From positions 1 through 33,189 of the forward strand of contig CAZXXP010000005.1 of NCBI GenBank assembly GCA_964644785.1: 33,189 nt of DNA, given 5' to 3'. The translations under genes were made by a program, and so were the position numbers. The notes under the pieces were generated by a model. That model was not told the DNA's origin. It saw only the letters and a list, made by a program, of their open reading frames with translations, and did no database searches. Shown here piece by piece: positions 9,822-19,736 of this stretch; within the stretch, counting starts at the first letter, position 1; each line of letters begins with the position of its first letter. This DNA is from an uncultured Nitrosopumilales archaeon. GTDB taxonomy: Archaea; Thermoproteota; Nitrososphaeria; Nitrososphaerales; UBA57.

Positions 9822-10469
9822 ATGCTTATTGATCTGTATTTGAAAGGGAGGGAGGTCGTAATCTTTGGAGGAGGTAACGAAGCGGAACTAAAAATGGTCA
9901 AGGCTCTTGATGATGGTGCCCAGATTACCGTTCTGAGTAAAAAATTTACTTCAAAAATGGTGCAGTTTGCTCATGAAGGAAAAATCAGGCTTGTAAAATA
10001 CGATTTAGAGAAAGGTTTCTCTAAACTAAAGAACTTCATAAATAAACCGTTTGTTGTTTTTTTGGCTACTGACAATCCTAACTTGAACAAGCAGGGAAGA
10101 GATTTTGCGAAGAAACTAGGCGCTATCGTGTGTGTTGTTGACACTCCGGAATTATGCGATTTTGCTAGTCCTGCTGTAGCCAAAATTGGAGAGATAAGGG
10201 TGGGGATATCTACGGGAGGAAAAAGTCCTGTAATCGCAAAGCTATTGAGACAACGTATTGAGAGTTCAATCACCGAAGAGGATCTTCTGCAGTTAGAATT
10301 GCAGGAATACGCCAGAAAGAGGGTTAGACCAAGAATAAACGAATTCTCTTCAAGAAAGAAATTTCTGTGGCAAGTTGTTGAGGATGATCAGATAAAATCT
10401 CTCATAAAGAAACATGAGATACGACAGGCCAAGGCTCTGGTTGATCGAATGATTGAACAGGTGATATAA
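9822..10469 (+). CDS. sirC: Precorrin-2 dehydrogenase / sirohydrochlorin ferrochelatase (siroheme synthase N-terminal domain type, SirC/Met8-like)
   Basis: The Rossmann start (GREVVIFGGGNEAELKMVKAL), ATDNPNLN, VCVVDTPELCDFASPAV and RVGISTGGKSPVIAKLLRQRIE match the CysG-N/Met8 pattern. It lies at the head of the tetrapyrrole cluster. Confidence 0.75.
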   Translation: MLIDLYLKGREVVIFGGGNEAELKMVKALDDGAQITVLSKKFTSKMVQFAHEGKIRLVKYDLEKGFSKLKNFINKPFVVFLATDNPNLNKQGRDFAKKLGAIVCVVDTPELCDFASPAVAKIGEIRVGISTGGKSPVIAKLLRQRIESSITEEDLLQLELQEYARKRVRPRINEFSSRKKFLWQVVEDDQIKSLIKKHEIRQAKALVDRMIEQVI

Positions 10470-10512
10470 GACGTCGATTATTAATCTGCGAATTACACAC
10501 AAAACGTCCACA

Positions 10513-11721
10513 ATGCCAATACTTGAAGCCGTGAGATTGAAGGATTACTCAATCGCATCTATTGTTGAAGAGATGGTAATAATTCAGACGTGTAATAGAG
10601 TTGAAATTTATGCTGTGGTAGATGATAAGAAAGTGGATTATGTGTGCCAAGAATTGATTCGTGTATGGAAAGGTCAGGTTGAGAAACATGTTTCGCGTAT
10701 CACTGAAAAACGCTTTGAGGACTACTTGGAAGCTGATTATGATGTAGATGCTGTGAGACACTTATTCAGGCTTACTGCAGGATTAGAGTCGATGATAATT
10801 GGCGAAGATCAAATACTTGGTCAGGTTAAGGATTCACTTGTTGAAGCTCGCCTTTCAAAGAAAATAGGTCCAATTCTATCATTAATATTCGATAGAGCCG
10901 TGAAGCTAGGTGCGAAGATTAGGACGCAGGTTAGGATAAACGGAGGTGCTGTTTCCGTAGGTTCAGTTGCGATAAACCTTGCAGAGAAGAGTATTGGAAA
11001 TTTGCAGAATAAATCATCGCTTATCATAGGTATAGGAGAAGTTGGATTACTTGTAGCAAAGGCGTTAGTTGTAAAGGGCCAGCGCTCGATATTCGCTACA
11101 AGTAGATCTGCGGATAGAGTAATGACCCTAGCAAAGATTGTAGGTGTAAAAACATTGATGTTTCAGGAAGCTTTGGAGAAACTTCAAGATGTTGACCTTG
11201 TAGTTTTGGCTACGTCTTCTCCATACCCTATCCTTACAAAGGAAATGCTCGAACAAATTATTAAGAAGCGATGTGGAAACATTTTGCTTATTTTGGATTT
11301 GTCGAACCCAAGAAACGCCGAAGAATCCATTAGTGGTTTATCTGATGTTAAACTGCTTACCATTGATGATTTGAGAAGTGAGTTAAATCATAATCTATCT
11401 TTACGGATGGATAGAGTCAAACATGTTGAGGAATTTGTTGGGAAGGAATTGGATAATGTATATGCGATATTACAAGGGGAGAATACTGAGCCCGTCATAA
11501 CCTCATTGTACAAACGTGCTGAAACTGTCAGGATTCGCGAATTAAGCAGGGCTCTACGAGTGCTTGGCGATATAGATTTTGAAACGTTGCGTGTCATTAA
11601 TGATTTGAGTGTTGCAATAGTAGAAGGGATTCTGAATGAGTCTGTTTCTAACCTGCGAAGGATTGCTGAAAAACCAGATATTGAATACGTTGGGTTGAAC
11701 AAGAAACTCAAGGTAGAGTGA
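10513..11721 (+). CDS. hemA: Glutamyl-tRNA reductase (conserved N-terminus continues upstream to ~10477 with no canonical start codon)
   Basis: QTCNRVEIYAV, GLESMIIGEDQILGQVK and the NADPH-domain IIGIGEVG are HemA signatures. The upstream in-frame IINLRITHKTST is the conserved first strand and His of HemA. Confidence 0.9.
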   Translation: MPILEAVRLKDYSIASIVEEMVIIQTCNRVEIYAVVDDKKVDYVCQELIRVWKGQVEKHVSRITEKRFEDYLEADYDVDAVRHLFRLTAGLESMIIGEDQILGQVKDSLVEARLSKKIGPILSLIFDRAVKLGAKIRTQVRINGGAVSVGSVAINLAEKSIGNLQNKSSLIIGIGEVGLLVAKALVVKGQRSIFATSRSADRVMTLAKIVGVKTLMFQEALEKLQDVDLVVLATSSPYPILTKEMLEQIIKKRCGNILLILDLSNPRNAEESISGLSDVKLLTIDDLRSELNHNLSLRMDRVKHVEEFVGKELDNVYAILQGENTEPVITSLYKRAETVRIRELSRALRVLGDIDFETLRVINDLSVAIVEGILNESVSNLRRIAEKPDIEYVGLNKKLKVE

Positions 11722-12710
11722 AGAATTTGAGCTTTCCACAGGTGAGAATGAGAAGGCTCAGAAAGAGTTCTGCGATTAGAAGATTATTGAATGAAACTTC
11801 GCTCAATCCGTCCAATCTTGTTTATCCGGTGTTTGTCGATGAAGATATTGCTGACAGAAAACCGATAAAATCCATGCCTGGTCAATACAGGCAGTCTCTA
11901 AAGACTCTTGTTAATGAAGCTGAGGAAATTGTATCTTTGGACATCCCCGCGATCATCCTATTTGGCATACCCAAGCTTAAGGATAATTTTGGTTCGTCGG
12001 CTTACAAGAAAAATGGCGTCATCCAAAAAGCTGTTAAACTGCTCAAATCAAATTTTGGAGATTCTGTTGCAGTAATTACAGATGTTTGCCTGTGCGAATA
12101 TACATCATATGGACATTGTGGTATATTGAAGAATGATGTTATTGTGAATGATGAGACTTTAGACGTGCTTGCCAAGACTGCTGTTGGCTATGCAGAGGCG
12201 GGTGCCGATATTGTCGCTCCGTCAAGTATGATGGATGGTCAAGTTTCTAAGATAAGAGGCGCTTTGGATGACAGTGACTTCACAGATATTCCTATTCTTT
12301 CGTACTCTGCAAAATTCGCATCGTCGTTTTATGGCCCTTTTAGAGAAGCTGCGGATTCAAAGCCATCATTTGGAAATAGAAAGAGCTACCAGATAAATTA
12401 CGCTAACATAGAAGAGGTTTTCAGAGAGGTTGAACTTGACATTAACGAAGGTGCTGACATGGTTATGATAAAACCGGCGCTTGCCTATCTAGACATAATA
12501 AAAGCTGTAAAGAGCAAGTTTCTTATCCCTCTAGTAGCGTACAATGTTAGTGGAGAGTATTCTATAGTAAAATACGCCTCACAAAAAGGCTTGATCGATG
12601 AGAAAGAAATGGTATTAGAAGTGTTAACAGCTATCAAAAGGGCTGGATCCGATATAATCGTATCATATCACGCAAAAGATGTAGCAAATTGGTTGAATGA
12701 AGTTATTTGA
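11718..12710 (+). CDS. hemB: Porphobilinogen synthase (delta-aminolevulinic acid dehydratase)
   Basis: RMRRLRKS, PVFV, the Zn-site DVCLCEYTSYGHCG, APSSMMDGQV, active-site lysine context (YSAKFAS, VMIKPA). The GTG start overlaps the hemA stop (GTGA). Confidence 0.95.
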   Translation: MKNLSFPQVRMRRLRKSSAIRRLLNETSLNPSNLVYPVFVDEDIADRKPIKSMPGQYRQSLKTLVNEAEEIVSLDIPAIILFGIPKLKDNFGSSAYKKNGVIQKAVKLLKSNFGDSVAVITDVCLCEYTSYGHCGILKNDVIVNDETLDVLAKTAVGYAEAGADIVAPSSMMDGQVSKIRGALDDSDFTDIPILSYSAKFASSFYGPFREAADSKPSFGNRKSYQINYANIEEVFREVELDINEGADMVMIKPALAYLDIIKAVKSKFLIPLVAYNVSGEYSIVKYASQKGLIDEKEMVLEVLTAIKRAGSDIIVSYHAKDVANWLNEVI

Positions 12711-13975
12711 ATTCAGAAGCATTGTACAAGAGAGCGCTGAAGTTATTTCCTGGCGGCGTTAATAGCCCGGTGCGGGCTTTTTCTCCTTACCCATTTTTTA
12801 GTAAGAACGCTAGAGGTTCTAAGCTGGTCAGCGTCGATGATCATGAGTACATAGATTATTGTATGTCTTATGGCGCTTTACTTTTTGGGCACGCTTACCC
12901 TCCGATAATTAATGCTGTAAGAAAATCTGCTAAGAATGGAACGATTTTCGGTACGCCTTCAGAGAAGGAAATAGAACTCGCTGAATTGATAACAGATAGT
13001 ATTCCTTTGGAAATGGTCAGGTTTGTGAATAGTGGAGCAGAGGCTACGATGCATTCAATAAGACTTGCTCGTGGATTTACTCGTAGAAAAAAAATTGTGA
13101 AATTCGAGGGTAGTTATCATGGTGCACATGATGCCGTTCTTGTAAAAGCCGGTTCCGGCGCTACAACCTTTGGTGTTCCAGATTCTCTAGGTGTTACAAG
13201 TGACGTAGCGAAAGATACTATTGTGCTTCCATACAATGATTCTGAAAAATTCGAAGGGGTTATTGAAAAGAACCATGATGAGATTGCTGCAGTTATCGTT
13301 GAACCTGTCATGGGTAACGCTGGACTTATCATTCCCAAAGATGGTTTTCTGCAGAACTTGAGAAGAATGACAAAGCGATATGGAATTATTTTAATATTTG
13401 ATGAGGTTATCACGGGTTTTAGATTGGGTTTGGGTGGGGCCCAGGAGTATTTTGGAGTAAAGGCAGATCTTATCACGTTTGGGAAGGTTATTGGGGGAGG
13501 ATTGCCTTTTGCTGTTTTCGGAGGAAACAAGGAAATTATGGAAATGTTAGCTCCTGAAGGCAGGGTCTACCAAGCTGGAACCTATAGTGGAAATCCACTA
13601 TCAGTGTCTGCAGCTCTAACTGTAATAAGTGAATTACGAAAAAATCATACACAGGTGTATTCAAATGTCAACGAAAATTGCAGGAATCTAGGTAGAGCCT
13701 TAAATGATATTGTCAGAGACAGGAAGGTGAATGCTAAGGTCTATTCTATCGCATCGATGTTTCAAATCTTCTTCACCAAAAACAAAATCGTTGATTACGC
13801 TTCGGTTTTAACGTCGGATGTTGTCTTGTTTCGCCGTTATTTTACTGGTATCTTATCTGCAGGTGTCTTTGTCCCTCCTTCGCAATTCGAAACATGTTTC
13901 GTCTCTACAGCTCATACACAAGAGGATATTGCTAGAACCGTGAATGCTTTTGATTTGACGATGTCGAAACTATGA
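12707..13975 (+). CDS. hemL: Glutamate-1-semialdehyde 2,1-aminomutase
   Basis: LFPGGVNSPVRAF, VNSGAEATM, FEGSYHGH-type block (FEGSYHGAHD), the IFDEVITGFRLG PLP-lysine region (TFGKVIGGGLP). The TTG start overlaps the hemB stop (TTGA). Confidence 0.95.
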   Translation: MNSEALYKRALKLFPGGVNSPVRAFSPYPFFSKNARGSKLVSVDDHEYIDYCMSYGALLFGHAYPPIINAVRKSAKNGTIFGTPSEKEIELAELITDSIPLEMVRFVNSGAEATMHSIRLARGFTRRKKIVKFEGSYHGAHDAVLVKAGSGATTFGVPDSLGVTSDVAKDTIVLPYNDSEKFEGVIEKNHDEIAAVIVEPVMGNAGLIIPKDGFLQNLRRMTKRYGIILIFDEVITGFRLGLGGAQEYFGVKADLITFGKVIGGGLPFAVFGGNKEIMEMLAPEGRVYQAGTYSGNPLSVSAALTVISELRKNHTQVYSNVNENCRNLGRALNDIVRDRKVNAKVYSIASMFQIFFTKNKIVDYASVLTSDVVLFRRYFTGILSAGVFVPPSQFETCFVSTAHTQEDIARTVNAFDLTMSKL

Positions 13976-14904
13976 TTGTTAAAATTGGAACCAGGGGAAG
14001 TAAGCTTTCACTTGTTCAAACAGACTATGTCATAAATATGCTTAGAAAAATTGAACGTAGGTTAAGATTCCAGAAAGTTGTCATAAAAACTGCTGGGGAT
14101 GCATTCAGGCAAAGACCTCCTTATTCATTTACCACTAGGGGTATTTTTGAAAAGGAAATCAACTTGGCAGTGATTGAAGGTAAGGTGGATTTTGCAGTAC
14201 ATAGCCTTAAGGACCTTCTTTCAGAGGAGCGTGATGAGTTAAGCGTATCTGCAATCCCAAAAAGAGAAAGCCCCAATGATGTGTTAATTTCGAAGGATGG
14301 AGAAATATTTTATGAACTCAAAGAAAACAGCGTAGTAGGAACCAGTAGTATTAGGAGAATGATACAGGTCAAATTTCACAGGCCTGATTTGAAGGTTGTC
14401 CAGCTTAGAGGGAATGTTGAAACAAGGATTAACCGAGTCATAAATGGGGAACTTGATGCTGTTATTCTTGCTGAAGCTGGTGTAAGGAGGTTAGGGTTAC
14501 AGAACAAAATTTCGGAGAGATTGCCTTTGGATGTATTTACACCTGTGCCTGGGCAAGGTGCAATAGCTGTGGTAGCTAGAAAGGACAGAACTGAAATGTC
14601 AAATCTACTTTCAAGAATAGATTATAGAAAATCAAGAAACGAGTGCGTTTTGGAGAGGATTATAGCTTCGAAATTAAGCGGGGGTTGCCAAGCGCCGATG
14701 GGTGTCATAGCTCATGAAACAAATGATGACCTGTCAGTTTATTCTGTTCTATATTCTACAGATGGTCGGAGGAAAATAGCTTATAGTACTAAAGGGAAGT
14801 CAAGTAACGTTTTAGATATTGCAAAAAGGGTTTCTAGTAAATTATTCGAAATTGGGGCGTCTGAAGTCATAGATGAATGGCGAAAAACAAGAATTAGTTG
14901 GTAA
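13972..14904 (+). CDS. hemC: Hydroxymethylbilane synthase (porphobilinogen deaminase)
   Basis: KIGTRGSKLSLVQT, DFAVHSLKDL, GTSSIRR, LRGNVETRI, the cofactor Cys context (LSGGCQAPMG). The ATG start overlaps the hemL stop (ATGA). Confidence 0.9.
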   Translation: MIVKIGTRGSKLSLVQTDYVINMLRKIERRLRFQKVVIKTAGDAFRQRPPYSFTTRGIFEKEINLAVIEGKVDFAVHSLKDLLSEERDELSVSAIPKRESPNDVLISKDGEIFYELKENSVVGTSSIRRMIQVKFHRPDLKVVQLRGNVETRINRVINGELDAVILAEAGVRRLGLQNKISERLPLDVFTPVPGQGAIAVVARKDRTEMSNLLSRIDYRKSRNECVLERIIASKLSGGCQAPMGVIAHETNDDLSVYSVLYSTDGRRKIAYSTKGKSSNVLDIAKRVSSKLFEIGASEVIDEWRKTRISW

Positions 14905-15646
14905 GGTTTTCTTGGTCGGTGCAGGTCCAGGAGATCCTGGGCTTCTTACACTCAAAGGATTACAGGTTTTAGAAAAAGCTGACATTGTCATTTATGATAG
15001 GCTTGTTAGTAGTGAGATCGTTGCTTTGATCCCTAAAGGAACGAAGAAAGTCTATCTGGGTAAGGAAAGTGGCGATGCCGAAAAAGTTCAGCGCCGAATA
15101 AATCATGTCATGGTTACCGAGGCAAAAACTGGTAAGAATGTTGTTAGATTAAAGAGCGGAGACCCATTTGTGTTTGGCCGGGGAGGAGAAGAAGCACAAT
15201 ACCTCAAAAAACAAGGCGTCAGCTTTGAGGTAGTACCTGGAATTACCTCTGCCTTTGCGGTCCCTGCTTATGCTGGTATACCAGTTTCTCACAGAAATCT
15301 TGCATCATCTGTAGCCGTAGTTACTGGAACCGAAAGAGTGAATAGAAGAACGAGTGTTGATTGGAGAAAAATAGGTTCTTCTGTTGATACAATAATTGTG
15401 TTGATGGGAATCTCTAATCTTCACAAAATAACGCAGCAGATAGCCAGATCTGGCAAAAGTCTTAAGACTGATGTAGTGATCATAGAGCAGGGAACTACCA
15501 GAAGACAAAAGGTGGTTTTCGGAACGCTCGGTAATATTGTTGAAAAGGCGAAGGAATCAAATGTTAAAGCCCCTGCGGTGATCGTTGTAGGTAAAGTTGT
15601 ATCGTTGGGAAAGGAGTTATCATGGTTCCAAACAAAAAACCGCTGA
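14873..15646 (+). CDS. cobA: Uroporphyrinogen-III C-methyltransferase (SUMT)
   Basis: VFLVGAGPGDPGLLTLKG, ADIVIYDRLV, VVRLKSGDPFVFGRGGEE, VVPGITSA and VIVVG are SUMT/CysG-C signatures. Confidence 0.9.
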   Translation: MNGEKQELVGKVFLVGAGPGDPGLLTLKGLQVLEKADIVIYDRLVSSEIVALIPKGTKKVYLGKESGDAEKVQRRINHVMVTEAKTGKNVVRLKSGDPFVFGRGGEEAQYLKKQGVSFEVVPGITSAFAVPAYAGIPVSHRNLASSVAVVTGTERVNRRTSVDWRKIGSSVDTIIVLMGISNLHKITQQIARSGKSLKTDVVIIEQGTTRRQKVVFGTLGNIVEKAKESNVKAPAVIVVGKVVSLGKELSWFQTKNR

Positions 15647-16467
15647 GCGGGAAAAAAATTCTAATTTTCCGTCCAAGGAAGCAGTCTAGAGAGATTGTTG
15701 ATGAAATCAGGTTGTATGGGGGGGAGCCTATACTTCTACCAATGATTAAGATCAGAACACTGTTCGATGAAAATCAATTTCGTAAATTCTTAGCGAACCT
15801 TTCTAATGGTAAGATAGATTATGTGGTCTTTACAAGCGTTAATGGTGTCAAATCCCTTCTTCTAAATGCAGAAAGATTCTCCAAAATTTCAACCGTAGTC
15901 CAAGCACTAAAGAAATCTCTTATAGTTGCTGTTGGTGAGAGAACTGCTCTATATCTAGAACATGTGAATATTCATGTCAATATTATTCCGAAACAATTTA
16001 GTTCTGAAGGGGTTGTCAAAGAGCTTTTGGCTAGGAATGTTAGGGGTAAAATGATCTATGTTTTTAGAACCACCTCATCGCATGACGATCTGAAAGAGCA
16101 ATTTCAGAAATCTGGTGCTCTTTTACAGGAATATTATGTATACCAAACAGTGATGCCGAGGAATTCATCTTCATTGCAGAACAATACTAAACAGGTCTTA
16201 GAACGTAAAATCTGGGCTGTAGCATTTACAAGTCCTTCTACGGTAAGGAATTTCTTGGTTTTAGCAGGAAGTTTACTGGACAAACGTGAATTAATTTCCA
16301 GTCTTAACCAAATTGTAATTGGTGCTATTGGCTTGACGACCCGGAATGAACTTGAGAGAAATAGTATATCGGTTGATGTTGTTCCTGTGAAACATACTTC
16401 GCTTGCGTTGGTTTTGAGTTTAGTGAAGTATGCTACCTACTCCAAGAAGACTGTTAAATCTGATTGA
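15622..16467 (+). CDS. hemD: Uroporphyrinogen-III synthase
   Basis: 281 aa with HemD-like two-lobed repeats (KILIFRP...PILLPMIKI, DYVVFTSVNGV, AVAFTSPSTVRNF). It is the last gene of the cluster and overlaps the cobA end by 25 nt. Confidence 0.75.
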   Translation: MVPNKKPLSGKKILIFRPRKQSREIVDEIRLYGGEPILLPMIKIRTLFDENQFRKFLANLSNGKIDYVVFTSVNGVKSLLLNAERFSKISTVVQALKKSLIVAVGERTALYLEHVNIHVNIIPKQFSSEGVVKELLARNVRGKMIYVFRTTSSHDDLKEQFQKSGALLQEYYVYQTVMPRNSSSLQNNTKQVLERKIWAVAFTSPSTVRNFLVLAGSLLDKRELISSLNQIVIGAIGLTTRNELERNSISVDVVPVKHTSLALVLSLVKYATYSKKTVKSD

Positions 16468-19400
16468 ACTGGTTCTGTTTTAAAAAGCATTTTCAGTTCG
16501 CTTGAGATGATTTCCAATCTAGTTTTGATGTTTTGATCTACATTGAATTCATTGCATAGTTTTGTAGCCAGTTTAAGGTACTTTTCTACTGTACCTTTAG
16601 TGACGGTAGCTTGTAGTTTCTCCCCGCATTGAAGGCAGTCTCCTCTAATAGGTAAGCGTCTATATTGAGAACCACAAGAGCTGCATCGGAAAGTTTGAGA
16701 TGTATATGCATTCATGTTTCCGACGATATCTGGTATTAGGTGTGTTTGTAACACCGCTGTTACTACGTCATTTGAGTCAACAGCGGCTATTCTCTTAGCA
16801 AGCTGTATTTGGTTTTCGAGTTTCTCTATTAATGTAGTTTTTGATGAATAGCTATTGTTTGATGGGCCAAATGATATATTTGATGTTCGGTGTGTGTAAT
16901 TGAAACTGTAGATTTGTTTTTGTGTTTCGCTAGGAACTACAATTGGTTGTATTAGTAACGGGGTATCAATTAATCCTCCAACTTGAGCGGGTAAGTAATC
17001 TCTGGAGAAATTCAATAAAGTATCGAGAAGTAATATTAATGAGTCAGAGTCACCACCGCAATCTCTTCTCTTTGCTGAATGCCATAATGGATGTGCGAAA
17101 CAAACATGTGTTTTGGTGAAACCAATTATTCGTCCGACTACACCTACTGATGTTTGTGGGGCTATTCCTATTACCAAGTGACCTAGGATATCATTTTTTG
17201 TTTTCAGTCTGTAAAATGGTTTTTGCCCGTATAGATAGATTAGTAAATCGTCGATGAAATTCGCTATTTTGAAGAGAAAATCAGCGGCATCGTATGGAAT
17301 TACTAAATCTTGTATTAAAAGCTCGAATAATTGGTCTTTATTTGTGAGTGTCCTTCCTTTGGTATCTTGGTTGTATCCGAGTTCTTGTAGAGTTTCAATA
17401 CTAACATCAATCATTTCTGCTGTGCAGTGTGTCAAAGGTGCATTTGTAATATCTAATCTACACGTTCCGTCTTTGTATACAAAGAGGCCATGTTTCATTC
17501 GTAATATCCCTTTTTCAAGGAGTTCAGGCATCCGTGTTGGATTTACTAGAGTTTTGACATATTTTAGAGGTGTGTTAGGCCTGTAGTGAACCTGCCTTAT
17601 TGCCTCTGCGAGTTTTTCTTTCAGAGGAAATACCTTCTCTGAATATGGGTATCCGTGGCCCTTACAGGTAGGACAGATTTCTGCTTCTATTAATTTCTTG
17701 CATTTTGGGCAGCTTAGATTTGGTTTCGTCTCAGAACCACATCGAGGGCATTTTACAGAGTAAGCATCTGATTTACAATTTACACAGATCAGGTTTATCA
17801 GTTCGGTTGTAATATATTCTGTTTTTAATGTGATATCACGAGACTTGTCACTGGTATCTCCTGTAGGAAAGATGATGTTGATTGAGGGTTTTGTATTTTT
17901 GGCAGTGGTTTTCTCGTACTTGCCGACTCTAACTCCTATGAAAACCGATGTTTTGTTTCTTATTGGATATCCAGCTAAGGATGAAATAAAATTACATGTG
18001 TTCGTCCATTCTGTTGGTAGTTGTATATTTTTGTCCAAAGCTAGCACTGATCTAAGAATATCCGAGATCTGACCTCTAATTGTAACTGAATTTAGTTCAA
18101 ATAAATGAGGTATTCCTATTTTTTCTAAAATAGTCTTAATATTATCGACGTATTCATTTACTATTAGTCTGTCGTCCTGAATTTTTAGGTTTTTTCTCAG
18201 AACAAGAATGTCCGAAGGCGTTATCAAGTCCCAGTAGTATGTATATCTAGGATGTAACCCTATATTCAAAGTCTTGGCCAAGAAAACCGCCTCTTCGAAC
18301 GTGGGTGTGGTTTGGAAAGGATCTTCTTGTAATGATTTTATGCGTTCAATAGAAATAGGGAACTCATCTTGGTTTAGGTTTCCTGTTTTAAGGCGTAGCT
18401 CTTCAACCCATAGTTCTTCTACATAACCTGATGGAGGAAGTTTTGCATCTTTTTCTGCAAAATCTCTAGAATCGATTAGTATATCTCCTAAGAAGAGTAT
18501 TTTCTCAACGTTATTTTTGTAGTTTTGTAGTTCTTCGAGTGTTTTGATTTCCAGAACCGAGCCGTTCTTCAGTCGGACTATCGGACCATTGATTGAATCT
18601 ACAAAACCTATTGTTGCATTTTTTTTCGGGTTATCAACCTTAATTTGGGTACCAACTACTATTGGATAGTCTAATAATTCTGCTGTTATTGGGTTAATTC
18701 CAAAAGTAGATGCACCGGTATTGAAAGATCTTCCATATCTTAGGCGGAAACCACCTATTTGTTCAGATTTGGATAATACTGGTCTACCTGAAATAATATC
18801 GGCAAAACTGGTGTTAGTTCTGTCTTCTTCATCTTTTTTTAGTTTACCGCCTTCTAGTTCTGTTAACCAATTCCAATCATTAATCCCTAAATTATCTAGA
18901 AGTTTACTTATTCTTTTTGTTCTCCCGATTATACCATCGTTTAGAACTCGCAATGCACCTCCTCTTATGCGATCGGTTTCAATTCTTTTCATTCCTCTGT
19001 GGATTACAACCTCAATTGGATTTGTACCTGCACCATCAATTTCAACTGGAATATGTAGAATTGTTTTCCTTATGTCGTCGTCACTAACATGAAACTGTAA
19101 ATCTGTGAAATGTTTCTCATAAATTCTAACTTCTTCTATCATTCTTCCTACTTCATCCTGATTCCACGCGTTTGCTCGATAGTTGTCTAGACCAATCGTT
19201 TTCCTTACTCTATCTGCTATTACTAAGCAAAATACTGCATTCACGCTTCCAATAAATCGAATAGGGGTAGCAAATGAAACTGCTGCGTATTTGCTTCCAT
19301 CTTCGTTTAGCTTTATTTTTACAGTAGATATTCCTTGTAATGGAGCAATTGTCAGTCCTTCTGTAACTAAGGCCAGCCCGGTTCTTACTGCGAGGTCTAA

Positions 19401-19730
19401 TATTTTATTTGGTTCTAGTGATCCGAATTTACCAGTCGCTATTTCATCAGCTATAATTACAGCTGTTTGGTGGGTATCGTATTTATCTAATAACTCTCTC
19501 AGTCTTTCGGCCATCGGAGTCTTAAGAATCCTGTCTATACGTTCAGCTGTATCTAAGACTAATTCAGACTCCGCTACCAATGTAGGATCTTTTCCTTGTT
19601 CTCTACATGAATTTGCAATAGAATGAATTGTTTCGATTGTTTTTAGTATTTTTATATTATAGGAATCTTGGGTCTTATTATATTGGATGCGTTTCGCTAT
19701 AATTGATAAGTACCCGTCTATTATTGTCAA
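16437..19730 (-). CDS. polC: DNA polymerase II (PolD) large subunit DP2
   Basis: 1097 aa. It has the Cys-cluster Zn fingers (CVNCKSDAYSVKCPRCG...CPKCKKLIEAEICPTCKGHG; FRCSSCGSQYRRLPIRGDCLQCGEKL) and PolD catalytic-core blocks (GRSFNTGAS, HPLWHSAKRRDCGGDSDS). There is no intein-sized insertion. Confidence 0.95.
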   Translation of the reverse strand: MTIIDGYLSIIAKRIQYNKTQDSYNIKILKTIETIHSIANSCREQGKDPTLVAESELVLDTAERIDRILKTPMAERLRELLDKYDTHQTAVIIADEIATGKFGSLEPNKILDLAVRTGLALVTEGLTIAPLQGISTVKIKLNEDGSKYAAVSFATPIRFIGSVNAVFCLVIADRVRKTIGLDNYRANAWNQDEVGRMIEEVRIYEKHFTDLQFHVSDDDIRKTILHIPVEIDGAGTNPIEVVIHRGMKRIETDRIRGGALRVLNDGIIGRTKRISKLLDNLGINDWNWLTELEGGKLKKDEEDRTNTSFADIISGRPVLSKSEQIGGFRLRYGRSFNTGASTFGINPITAELLDYPIVVGTQIKVDNPKKNATIGFVDSINGPIVRLKNGSVLEIKTLEELQNYKNNVEKILFLGDILIDSRDFAEKDAKLPPSGYVEELWVEELRLKTGNLNQDEFPISIERIKSLQEDPFQTTPTFEEAVFLAKTLNIGLHPRYTYYWDLITPSDILVLRKNLKIQDDRLIVNEYVDNIKTILEKIGIPHLFELNSVTIRGQISDILRSVLALDKNIQLPTEWTNTCNFISSLAGYPIRNKTSVFIGVRVGKYEKTTAKNTKPSINIIFPTGDTSDKSRDITLKTEYITTELINLICVNCKSDAYSVKCPRCGSETKPNLSCPKCKKLIEAEICPTCKGHGYPYSEKVFPLKEKLAEAIRQVHYRPNTPLKYVKTLVNPTRMPELLEKGILRMKHGLFVYKDGTCRLDITNAPLTHCTAEMIDVSIETLQELGYNQDTKGRTLTNKDQLFELLIQDLVIPYDAADFLFKIANFIDDLLIYLYGQKPFYRLKTKNDILGHLVIGIAPQTSVGVVGRIIGFTKTHVCFAHPLWHSAKRRDCGGDSDSLILLLDTLLNFSRDYLPAQVGGLIDTPLLIQPIVVPSETQKQIYSFNYTHRTSNISFGPSNNSYSSKTTLIEKLENQIQLAKRIAAVDSNDVVTAVLQTHLIPDIVGNMNAYTSQTFRCSSCGSQYRRLPIRGDCLQCGEKLQATVTKGTVEKYLKLATKLCNEFNVDQNIKTRLEIISSELKMLFKTEPVQSDLTVFLE

Positions 19731-19736
19731 GAAATT

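Noticed and set aside
17254-19626. Plus-strand ORFs of 80-147 aa (17254..17586, 17830..18072, 18721..19092, 19183..19626) antisense to PolD DP2; similar ones lie inside hemL (13117..13530), htrA (31687..32046) and DP1/cdc6
   Set aside because: These are typical shadow ORFs opposite long AT-rich genes, with Ser/Leu/Ile/Phe-rich low-information translations. The sense-strand genes have unambiguous homology.
16437-19730. Possibility of an intein or other insertion in the PolD large subunit
   Set aside because: At 1097 aa the protein is at the short end for DP2. The conserved blocks are contiguous, and I saw no intein splice-junction or homing-endonuclease motifs.
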